From assembly GCF_006345805.1 (NCBI RefSeq), contig NW_021825588.1:1-14919 (forward strand): a stretch of DNA of 14,919 nt. The letters run 5' to 3'. The notes beneath the pieces were generated by a model, which ran no database searches, had not been told where the DNA came from, and saw nothing but the letters and a program-made list of their open reading frames with translations. A program made the position numbers and the translations under genes. Shown here one piece after another: positions 1-9,263 of the stretch; positions within the stretch are counted from its first letter, which is position 1, and each line of letters opens with the position of its first letter. The stretch is from Octopus sinensis. Lineage: Eukaryota.

Positions 1-6
1 ATATAT

Positions 7-45
<39 letters not shown>
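1..45. repeat. (AT)n microsatellite, probably the internal/tail microsatellite of the adjacent SINE
   Basis: Near-perfect AT dinucleotide run abutting the SINE fragment at 46-113. Confidence 0.95.
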
Positions 46-113
46 AAAAGACCTCTTTCTGTTTCTATCTACCAAATTCACTCACAAGGCTTTGGTCGCC
101 GAGGTTATAGTAG
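46..113 (-). mobile_element. tRNA-derived SINE family A fragment (octopod OK/OR-type; subfamily not assigned)
   Basis: The reverse complement (ctactataacctcggcgaccaaagccttgtgagtgaatttggtagatagaaa) matches 222-272 and 13692-13720 in this window. Confidence 0.8.
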
Positions 114-155
114 CCTCTTATGGATATATATATAATATATATATATATTATATAT

Positions 156-272
156 AAGCTTGCTTCGCAGCCACACATGATTCCAAGTTCAGCCCCACTG
201 TGTGGCAACTTGGCAATATCTTCTATTATTGCCTCGAGCCGACCAAAAGCGTTGTGAGTGTATTTCGTAGAC
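156..272 (+). mobile_element. SINE family A fragment (tRNA head plus body)
   Basis: aagcttgcttcgcagccacacatgattccaagttcagccccactgtgtggcaacttggc aligns with 13628-13690 (cttgcttcccaaccacatggttccgggttcagtatcactgcgtgataccttgagc) and carries a B-box-like GTTCAG. Confidence 0.8.
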
Positions 273-299
273 AATCGCTAAACATTTTTTTACTCTCTC

Positions 300-490
300 C
301 GTTTCTTTGCATTTTTATTTCTTTAAACCTTCTCATTCCGTTTTTCTCCCCTCCCCTTAATCCTTTCTGTCGAAAACCGTAGGCTCGAAACGTCAAAGAC
401 TTTTCCATTCTTCTCGAGCGTTAACGTAATACACCTGCTTGTTGTTCCTTCACCTGCCTTCGTATTTTGTTTTCTGTAAATTCGAACTAA
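300..490 (+). mobile_element. Interspersed repeat remnant with a degenerate hammerhead-like motif (Penelope-like pLTR type)
   Basis: Pyrimidine-rich segment containing cttt-CTGTCGA...ctc-GAAACGTC-aaag (363-398). It resembles a common octopod repeat recalled from memory. Confidence 0.4.
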
Positions 491-1094
491 TACATATACG
501 CATGCGCGCGCGCGTGTGTGTGTACACTCTGCCCAACGTATTGAGTCCTATATCAGATAATGTTTGTGCTATTTTGAATGTATTATTTTCTAATATACAC
601 TACTGGGCAACTCTTATGATACAATGAAAAGCAGTTCCGTTTAGGATCGAATCCTAGAGGACAGGGCTGCGAAACGAGTTTGAAGAAAACAAAACAAGCA
701 TTAACCTAGTGCAGGTGCCCCAGCATGACCACCACCACTCTCTCTGAAACAGATAATAGAATAACAGAATGCTCAAGTATTTGTGCGAGATTACAAAAAT
801 GGTAGATCGATGAAATTTTATCCCCAAGTCCAAATTTTGCTGGCACGAATTCTGCCTTTCCGTTCACTGACAAGTTATTTTAAAATAAGTGTTCAATGGC
901 TACTTAATCATCGACTATTACTGTCTTTGACTCCTCCCTGTACACGTGCACGCTTCAGATATTGATTTCTTTTTTTTGTTTTTGTTTTGTTTCTTCGCAA
1001 CATTTGCTTTCACTGGAAGAGCAATTTAGTTGCTCTTCTGATGATATCGATATTGTTTCTCAACCTTAAAAATGGGGCCAACTTGCTATTTCTT

Positions 1095-1096
<2 letters not shown>

Positions 1097-1129
<33 letters not shown>

Positions 1130-1167
1130 ATATATATATATTATATATATATATATTATTATATATA
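1097..1167. repeat. Imperfect (AT)n microsatellite (another at 1363-1397)
   Basis: Direct inspection. Confidence 0.95.
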
Positions 1168-1689
1168 CTGTTGTGTCTGGGGAGAGTCATTTTCTTTTTG
1201 TGCCTTATAAATTTTACACACCCACCGCTAAAATTTCCACTTATTTCTTATTTTTATTTCCTAAAATTTTCGTTGCGTCTTTGCAACCTTTTCAATAGTC
1301 AATACCATTGCTTCAACACACGAACTCACATAAAGAATCTTGCAAACCAAATTCCAAATCGATATATATTATATAATATATATATATATATATATATAGT
1401 ACAAAGTGAGGATGTATATTGTTTTATTTTGTTGGATTTGGATATTCCTATTTATGTAGTTAATAAATAATATGAATTAGTAATATCTGTAAGTCGATAT
1501 GAATCACGACTATAAGATACCCGGTTTTGGTTAAACTGCACCGCAAAATGTGGGAGTAGTTAGGAATCTAAATCGTAGGAGACAGACACACAACCTTACT
1601 TTTATATATAAAGATATATAAATATATATATCATGTCCATTCTCCGATGTGGTTAAGTATCTCATGATATCTTTATTTATAGCTGAGGT

Positions 1690-1852
1690 TGGAGTGGTGT
1701 CAGAATCGTTAGAGCACCGGACAGAATGCATTTCGTTCAGCTCACAGCCTTTTACTCCTCCGGGGTCAATAAAGTACTGGGATGAATGGTATCAGTTAAA
1801 CACTCTTCCAAAATTGTAGGAGGCCCTTTGCCTAGATTAGAAACAGTTATTT
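1690..1852 (+). mobile_element. Decayed, internally deleted SINE family B copy
   Basis: cagaatcgttagagcaccggacagaatgc...gcatttcgt...cctccggggtcaataaagtac...ggccctttgcctagattagaaacagttatt aligns with the minus-strand copy at 11531-11961. Confidence 0.65.
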
Positions 1853-1856
1853 ATAA

Positions 1857-2371
1857 CTAGCAGCATAGCCCGGCATTTCCCGGGTATGTAAGAGCCCCTG
1901 GAGCAGACATGATGCTCGCTGTGAATTTTTTAAAAATTCCTGCCAATTTGTGAGAAATATTGTTGAAAATATGTCATCTTGAATTTGAACGCGATTTCCC
2001 AAAATGGCATGATTTTATCGATTTTTTCTGATGGTAAGGTATTGCATGGAAAACTAACATCAGAATTAAGTTTCTTAGGGTAACATTAAGCTTCACCATG
2101 AGTTTGGTGAAAATCGATTGCAAGTTGCGAAAACTACAACAGAAAATGTATTGCAAATAAAAAGCTTAGATTCTCGACCCCATGTCGAATTTATTGATTT
2201 TTTTCAGAACTGGGGGAACTTTTCAAATTTTTCGCTGCGTTAGTTTTGAATTATGACATTGGGCTATGTGTGAGTCAAGTTTCATCAGAATCGGTTGAAA
2301 GCCGTGGTCAGAGTGACGGTACAACCTGACAGACACACAGACAGACAAACTGCCGTTTATATAGAGAGAGA
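1857..2371 (-). mobile_element. Non-autonomous Helitron, 515 bp, apparently complete
   Basis: The minus strand starts TC (2371-2370) and ends CTAG (1860-1857). It is inserted between A (minus strand of 2372) and T (minus strand of 1856) with no TSD. A GC hairpin CCCGG-N6-CCGGG (1869-1884) lies 8 nt from the CTAG, and a (GACA)n-like tract lies near the 5' end. Confidence 0.85.
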
Positions 2372-2424
2372 TTACGGCAAAAAAATGTTTAGTCGGGTTT
2401 AAAATGGTTAAATGTCTCCTTCAT

Positions 2425-2685
2425 TTAACGATCGGGTTTCGAATCTTGCTAGGGTTCACTATACTTTCCTGAGTGTTCATCCTGATATTTGTGTTAGTTG
2501 CATCCATCTTGGGTCCCGACTCCAATTGCGCCATCATGTTCACTCCTGTCCAATCCAGTCTACTTTATTCCTCGATCTCCTCAGGGCTCAGCAAAATATT
2601 GGCATCGATGTTTGCACATAGATTTCTTGGAGGTGGTGCCCTAAACATTCCCCAGAGCAATGACCAAAATCAGTAAAAAGACAAT
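2425..2685 (+). mobile_element. Highly decayed SINE-like sequence
   Basis: B-box-like ggtttcgaatc at about 2435. The 3' part ggtggtgccctaaacat...aatgaccaaaatcagtaaaaaga resembles the SINE A tail at 13877-13925. Confidence 0.35.
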
Positions 2686-2699
2686 AATATAAACCGATT

Positions 2700-2952
2700 C
2701 GCGGTAGAAATGATATTGCCTTTTAAAGCCAGCACTACCGCCATCGCAAAACTGCAACCGTGACAAAACGAGTCAATGAGAAAGCGTCTGTGTAGTTGCT
2801 AGAAATAGCAGCCAAATTCCTCACATCGGACTCTACCGTCTTAAAAAAAATATTGTTGGTAAAAAGAGGATAGCTTTATAAAAAGTTAGGATGAATAAGT
2901 TTAGAAACCTCTTTACTTCATAAATATGCTCGATAGGGCCTGCAACAACAAA
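2700..2952 (+). mobile_element. Decayed retroposon 3' end with (CAA)n-like tail
   Basis: gctagaaatagcagccaaattcctcacatcggactctaccgtcttaaaaaaaa ... gcaacaacaaaac resembles a recalled octopod interspersed repeat. There is no second copy in the window to confirm it. Confidence 0.3.
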
Positions 2953-3022
2953 ACTTACATCTAGTTAGACTAAATAGGAATATATGTATGTTTACATAAA
3001 TAAATGCCGGATTATCTATTTA

Positions 3023-3603
<581 letters not shown>

Positions 3604-3974
3604 TTATGCTAAATTTATAAAAACAATTTGTTATAGACTGAGAGAATAACAATATTTTTTTTTTCTACTAAAGTACCTGTTTATTATTTACCTATCAGCT
3701 TGTATGTATGTGTGTGTGTGTGTGTTTAGTTGAACACGGTTATAGTTATCAAAATTAATGCGTCCCAAACTCTGAAGTTCAAAATTAATGAAAATTATCT
3801 GCTCCGGATATTGTTATCGAAATTTTCGAGTAAACCGCTACACACCTACATACATACATACATACTTATACATACATGCATACATATGTTCACTTACCTG
3901 CATTCATTCATACATACATACATTCCATACTTGCACACAGACACACACGTATCAATCTGAATATATAGAAATGT

Positions 3975-3997
3975 ATGTTTATGTGTGTGTGTGAGTG

Positions 3998-4034
<37 letters not shown>

Positions 4035-4256
4035 AAATTTATATACATAAATATTTTGTGTGAGTGTGAGTGTATATATATATGTGTGTGTGTGTATAAA
4101 TTTATATACAAACATATTTTGTGTGTGAGTGTATATATATATATGTGTGTTAGTGTGTGTGTAAATTTATATACATACATATTTTGTGTGAGTGTGTGTA
4201 TATATATGAGTGTGTGTGTGTAAATTTATATACATACACATTTTGTGTGAGTGTGA

Positions 4257-4313
<57 letters not shown>

Positions 4314-4405
4314 AGTGTGGTGTAAATTTATATACATTCATATTTGTGTGTGTGTGTGTGTATATATATGAGTGTGTGTGTGTGTGTGCGTGTGTGTGTG
4401 TGTGC
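3975..4405. repeat. About 60-65 bp minisatellite built from (GT)n/(AT)n with a complex core
   Basis: The core TAAATTTATATACA..CATATTTTGTGTG recurs at about 4034, 4097, 4162, 4221 and 4323. Confidence 0.9.
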
Positions 4406-4844
4406 CTTGTGTATATACGTAGCTATTTATACTTTGCATTATATACCGATATAACTCTATAACAGATGGACAATACTCCGTTCGCCTTAGAAGATTTTCT
4501 TTCTTCTATTGCTGTTGTTGTTAGTTTTTTTAATCCACTTAAGCTCTAATAAGATTGTTCAATTGATGTTTTAAAGGCGCTTACCATTCACATCCACCAG
4601 CCTCTTATGTTCCTTTCACCACCCACCCACCACCACCCACCACCCACCCCCGCTCTGTCCCCTTTCCTTTTTTTCCCCTTCTTGTCAAAACAGGAGAAAA
4701 CCCTCTTAAACAAATGCGCGCGCGCGCACGCGCGTGTGTGGTTAGAGAAATCTGCTTCGCAATCACATGGGTTGCTGGTTCGCTCTTTGCATGTTCTCTT
4801 GGTTTGTAGAAGTTACATCATCGAGTTGATCTGATCAGTCTGTG

Positions 4845-4877
4845 GGGTTCGGTAGACGGAAACTGTGTTGAAGCTCG

Positions 4878-4920
<43 letters not shown>
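4845..4920 (+). mobile_element. SINE family A internal fragment running into (GT)n
   Basis: ggtagacggaaactgtgttgaagctcgc followed by (TG)n matches the SINE A segment seen at 265-272 and the reverse complement of 46-75. Confidence 0.6.
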
Positions 4921-4923
<3 letters not shown>

Positions 4924-5044
4924 CTGAATAGAGAGGACTCTTTTAAATTGTGTGTCGTTCAAATCATGGAGCGGCACCGATGTTTTTGAGTAAACTCTTG
5001 GAGGTTCTTCAGCACTGCACAGACTAAAGATTGAAACCAACATT

Positions 5045-5230
5045 GTATGTGTGTGAGTGTGTGTGTGTGAGTGTGTGTGTGCGTGGGTGTGGGTGTGTGT
5101 GTGTGTGTGTGTGTGTGAGCGTGAGTGTGTGTGAGTGTTTGTGTGTGAGTGTGTGTGTGAGTGTGTGTATGAGTGTGTGTTTGTGTGTATGTGTGTGTGA
5201 GTGTATGTATGTGTGTGTGTCTGTGTGTAT
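5045..5230. repeat. Degenerate (GT)n/(GTGA)n microsatellite
   Basis: Direct inspection; source of the poly-HT/CV ORFs. Confidence 0.9.
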
Positions 5231-5439
5231 CTATACATTCATGTTTCACAACTTATTTATTCCTGTAACAGAAGCGGCACTTTAAGGCCTTTAATTTGAC
5301 CCCCGCCCACCCCACCCCCTCTCTCTCCGCTTCCTCCTTCACTCTCTTGTTGTTTATCTTCTTCGTTTACTTTATTCTTCTGTCTTTCATTCTGATCAAT
5401 TTCCATGAAATGTGATTCAGGATTATCAGTTCCCATGAC

Positions 5440-5560
5440 CAAACACCACCTTCGCCGCCGCCGCCGACGCCGCATCCTCCGGCACATTTCGCCGTGTGTG
5501 CGTGCGTGCGTGCGTATGTGACGCGCGGATTTGTTTTTGTTTCGTTTCGCGGAGGCAACT
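5440..5560. promoter_or_regulatory. Small CpG-dense patch with (CCG)n and (GCGT)n; possible promoter or 5'UTR
   Basis: Dense CpGs (cgccgccgccgccgacgccgc, tgcgtgcgtgcgt, gacgcgcgg, tcgcgg) in an otherwise AT-rich window. Function is inferred only. Confidence 0.25.
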
Positions 5561-5692
5561 TTTCGTAGTGCATAAATAAATACATCAGTCTTGAAAGGAG
5601 GTGGGGACAAAAAAAAAAAAAAAGGTACAATAACATATTCCTCCTATACACTCACTTTCTCTGTCCCTTTCCCCCGTTCTCTCTCTCTCTTT

Positions 5693-5698
5693 TGTGTG

Positions 5699-5754
<56 letters not shown>

Positions 5755-5783
5755 ATATATTTATGTGTGTGTGTATATATTTA
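5693..5783. repeat. (AT)n/(GT)n microsatellite
   Basis: Long perfect AT run, about 5700-5750. Confidence 0.95.
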
Positions 5784-6059
5784 TATTACAAATAAGAAAA
5801 GAAGAAACAAGTTTAGTTTGTTCATCAACTTTCGGATATTAGAAAGTTGGATTATTTATTCATTCAACAAAATGAATTATTTATTCATTTAACAAAATGA
5901 GAACCTCAATATCATACATATATATCTTATAATTCAATACATATAAGATAAGAATACAAGTTATAAAAATCAATATAAATTATTGAAATCATTAAAATCA
6001 CTTCTTACAGCTGTTTCAGCCTATGGCTAAAAGTCGATTCTGCCGATAAAAAACATTGC

Positions 6060-6509
6060 ATGTAAGCATGTATAAATATATATATCCTCTTTCTTTTAAC
6101 ACATCTATACGTTCATTCTGCATTACATGCGTAAATATGTATGTATGTGTCTTTTTGAATGTATGCATATGTGTATACATATATATATAATGTGCATGCG
6201 TTACATGTTTATGTGACATACGCTATGTATATAGGTATATATTTTTCATACATATGCAAATATGTGCATGCAGATTTCGTATGTATATCATATATATACG
6301 AAAATATATGTATTTCGTGTGTATACGTGTGTAGGTGTCTATATGCATTCACGATTATATGTGGATGTACAATTTAAATATATATAATATATATATATAT
6401 AATAATATATATATATATATATGTAATTTGTGTGTGAGCAAAGGTACGTTACGTAGACGTATTTCATGTGTATGCGTAATGTGTGTGTGTTTATATATAT
6501 TTATTTATT

Positions 6510-6544
<35 letters not shown>

Positions 6545-6560
6545 TATTTCGTGTATGTAC
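6060..6560. repeat. Decayed alternating purine/pyrimidine (AT/GT/CA) low-complexity tract
   Basis: Direct inspection. Confidence 0.8.
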
Positions 6561-7410
6561 ACCCGTATGGATACTGACACACACTCACTAATACGTTTTT
6601 AAACTCGTTTAAATATCAATTACATATTGTTTTAAAGTATAGATACTCGCCAGAATCAAAACACACACACACACACACACACATCTTGCTATTGGAAGTG
6701 ACAGGATCAGTATAGTTTTGAAGGTTATGCTTTGAAGTTTTCTTGTAGAGAGATGGCTTTAATCAATATTGATTCTTATTTTTAACACTAAAGTATTATT
6801 TATAAATTATTAGTGGCTTATTTACTACGTTGACCCCCAAAGTGTGTGTTTCTGTATCGATATTGCAACTCGTCATATTTTTTTAAGTCCTATTGACTCC
6901 TAGAAATGTGAAGGTAAATTTGATGTTCATGAATGTGACTTCGTTACGTAAAAGAATACACGTACACACTCACACACAGGCCAAATCAAAAATATAACAA
7001 CAAAAAAATGAGGATGAAACGTCAATTAGACATAAACGATAAATCTATTAGATTGATGTCCGGTGAAAGTTTTAAGTGGGGAAATAGGAGTGGAAATAAC
7101 GTTTCGAGTATGGCTCTTCGTTGGAAAGAGAAAAAAGACCAGAGGGGAGTTGAAGGAGGCTATACACACACACACACACACACACACACTCTCTCTCTCT
7201 CTCTCTGTATCTCTCTCTTTCTCTCATCAATAGTTATCCGGACTGTTGCCATAATAACAAAGCTAAAGCACGCAGAGTGAAGCCACTTGGCGCAGATTGC
7301 CCTTAAAGATTGTTGTACATGTGCACTAAGTTTTAACGTTCTAGCTCACTTTCGCTGTTTACAGCAGTGCTTGGAAGGAACATGTGTAGCATATGATCGT
7401 CGCATTGACC

Positions 7411-7842
7411 ATGACAGAGAAAGTTGTCATGGCGAAACCTGCTCAGAGACCTACGCAAAGTTGCAGAAAGTGTATGGAGAGGAGTGTATGAGCTGCATAC
7501 AAGTGTACGAGTGGTTCAGACGTTTCCAAGATGGCCCCAAAAATGTCGATATTGATGAACGTTCTAGGAGACCCGCAACCAGCAGAACTGAGAAAAACAT
7601 TGCAGTTGTGCGTGCAGCTGTGAGGGGAAAACCGTCGAATCACCATCCGTGAGTTATTAGAGGATGTACAGATTAGTTATGGTTCAGTTTAGTCCATTAT
7701 CACTGAAGATTTGGGTATGAGAGGTGTGTCTTCTAAGTTTGTGCCCAAACTGCTTTCAGCTGACCAAAAAGACACTAGGGCTTCAGTTGCACAAGATCTC
7801 CTTGATTGTATCCAGAAAGATTAAAAGCTTTTGAAAACTTTG
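7411..7842 (+). pseudogene. Mariner transposase pseudogene, N-terminal HTH DNA-binding region plus linker, no DDD catalytic domain
   Basis: MTEKV / GETCSETYAKLQKVYGEECMSCIQVYEWFRRFQDGPKNVDIDERSRRPATSRTEKNIAVVRAAVR / frameshift / NRRITIRELLEDVQISYGSV*SIITEDLGMRGVSSKFVPKLLSADQKDTRASVAQDLLDCIQKD*. This has the mariner HTH patterns (VYEWFRRF, ERSGRP-like) and a FVPKLL equivalent of the WVPHEL linker. Confidence 0.92.
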
Positions 7843-7916
7843 CGTAGGCCGCTGAGCAGGTGTCGCCAAGCTTTTAGCAAAATCTGATGCAGATTCTCTA
7901 CTCAACTTTCTGTCAT
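7830..7916 (-). pseudogene. Second, inverted copy of the mariner transposase N-terminus
   Basis: The minus strand from the ATG at 7916, with a frameshift, reads MTE/KVE*RICIRFC*KLGDTCSAAYAKFSK, the EQRICIKFC-type start of mariner transposases. Confidence 0.85.
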
Positions 7917-7997
7917 GGTCAATACGACGACCACACTTTACACATCTTCATTCCAAGCGCTATTGTAAACAGCGGATGTGAGCTAGAACATTAAAAC

Positions 7998-8174
7998 GTA
8001 TAAAGTGAGCGAATATACTCGTATATGTCAAAAAAGAGTTTATAATAGACGAAGGAACTCGTTTGCTGTCAATTTTGGCGAGTCTATCTTTTGATGAGTT
8101 AACTCGCCAGAGATAGAAAAAAAAACGTTCTCGGTCAAAACGCATATATTCGTTTCTGCCGGGTAAGGGGTTAA
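7998..8174. mobile_element. piggyBac-like (TTAA-target) transposon terminal fragment
   Basis: Ends ...AAGGGG-TTAA (8165-8174) and carries four CGA-N6-TCG-like subterminal motifs. No partner end was found. Confidence 0.4.
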
Positions 8175-8296
8175 GCTTGTCGTTCTTACGTAACTTAAGA
8201 AGGGACTGTTACGGTTTCGTCCATAGACTGCGCGTGACTGGATTTAAGTTTTGTCATAATAAGCAGATAAGTGGCTTGAAGTGTGTGTAGTGTGTA

Positions 8297-8327
<31 letters not shown>

Positions 8328-8855
8328 ATGTGTGTAGTTTCAGCTGAGAAGCACTTGACCAACAGACGTGGTGAAGAGAATGAGCAGAAGAAACAGAGAA
8401 GCGACAGAGTAATATATTTTTGGCTTTTAGAATTCTCTGCACGGTTTTTAATCTGCAAGCATTGAAGTAGATTGGTCGAAAGGTGCCTGACAACACACTT
8501 TGCTTTTGATGTTTCGGCTTTAGAATAAAAATGCTGTGGCGGAAGGGAATCTGTGGAGCTTTATCTTTTTAAAGTTAGAAGGCTTTAACGTTAGTAAGAA
8601 AGTCAACATATTTTCATGAATGTGACGTAAGTGATATCTAAGACCCAGTGTTCGGTGATGTAGTTAGTTAATTCTGAATTAACATGTCGTTTTGCTTATC
8701 CAGAATCAATGTGTCCTTACTTTTCCCCTTAGACGCTTGGGTGTGATTTTAGTGCTGTTATTTGGCTGCTATTTCTTGCAGGTTGGTTTTGGGACCCTTT
8801 TGATTTTTATTTTACTTAAGTAGACACTCAGAGCCATTCTATGTTTAAAAAATCC

Positions 8856-9263
8856 GGATCTTTTCGGTTTGAACGGCAGCTTTTAACATAATTTCTAGGT
8901 AACTAAAAATTTTAAACTTCGTATACTGGTAGAATGTGTTTATAAAACATCTTTTTCTCATGGCTTTATTGAGAAAATTCTATAGTTTGTAAGATATTTG
9001 TTGTTTTTCTTCTTCAATTTCTGCAATTTCAACCAGTCAGTGACGTCTATTGAGGTGAAAACATTCTGTGCCGTATGAATATGTCCCTCGTTTAAGAAAC
9101 AGATTGGGTTTATTTACATTTGTGAGGAAAAAAAGATATCCTCCCCCCACCCCTAACCCTAAAACAGATTGAAATGCAATAGATCGATTCTAGAGTCATA
9201 ATTATGGGTGACAATTTCATGTGACACCGTTAGAAAAAACTGTCGGTCAAACCGAAAAGATCC
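8856..9263. mobile_element. 408-bp MITE with GG...CC termini and 8-bp TSD (Merlin/IS1016-like by termini; superfamily tentative)
   Basis: TIR GGATCTTTTCGGTTTGAACGGCAGCTTTT versus reverse-complemented right end GGATCTTTTCGGTTTGACCGACAGTTTTT (26/29). TSD AAAAATCC at 8848-8855 and 9264-9271. Confidence 0.92.

Larger units (their letters stand above)
7225..7997 (+). mobile_element. Mariner (Tc1/mariner) remnant with foldback structure: 5' half plus an inverted copy of the 5' end
   Basis: Transposase N-terminal homology on the + strand, and 7830-7997 is the reverse complement of about 7330-7470. The TIR-like catcaatagttatccggact at 7225-7244 resembles typical mariner ends. Confidence 0.85.

Noticed and set aside
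1018-1040. Other CTGATGA occurrences (1018 +, about 2282 -) as hammerhead cores
   Set aside because: No downstream stem II, GAAA box or closing stems.
3894-4462. Overlapping HT/YI/CV-rich ORFs
   Set aside because: Translations of the minisatellite.
4921-5044. Unique island between GT tracts reading EEPPRVYSKTSVPLHDLNDTQFKRVLSIQ on the minus strand
   Set aside because: No convincing donor/acceptor pair and no recognisable homology.
5435-5521. Poly-Arg, protamine-like peptides on both strands (MTKHHLRRRRRRR..., MRRRRRRRRW...)
   Set aside because: They arise from a short (CCG)n repeat and lack the Ser/Tyr-interspersed Arg clusters of cephalopod protamines.
6901-6919. Possible 10-nt microexon (TAG/AAATGTGAAG/GTAAAT)
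   Set aside because: Not a multiple of 3, weak polypyrimidine tract, and expected by chance in 15 kb.
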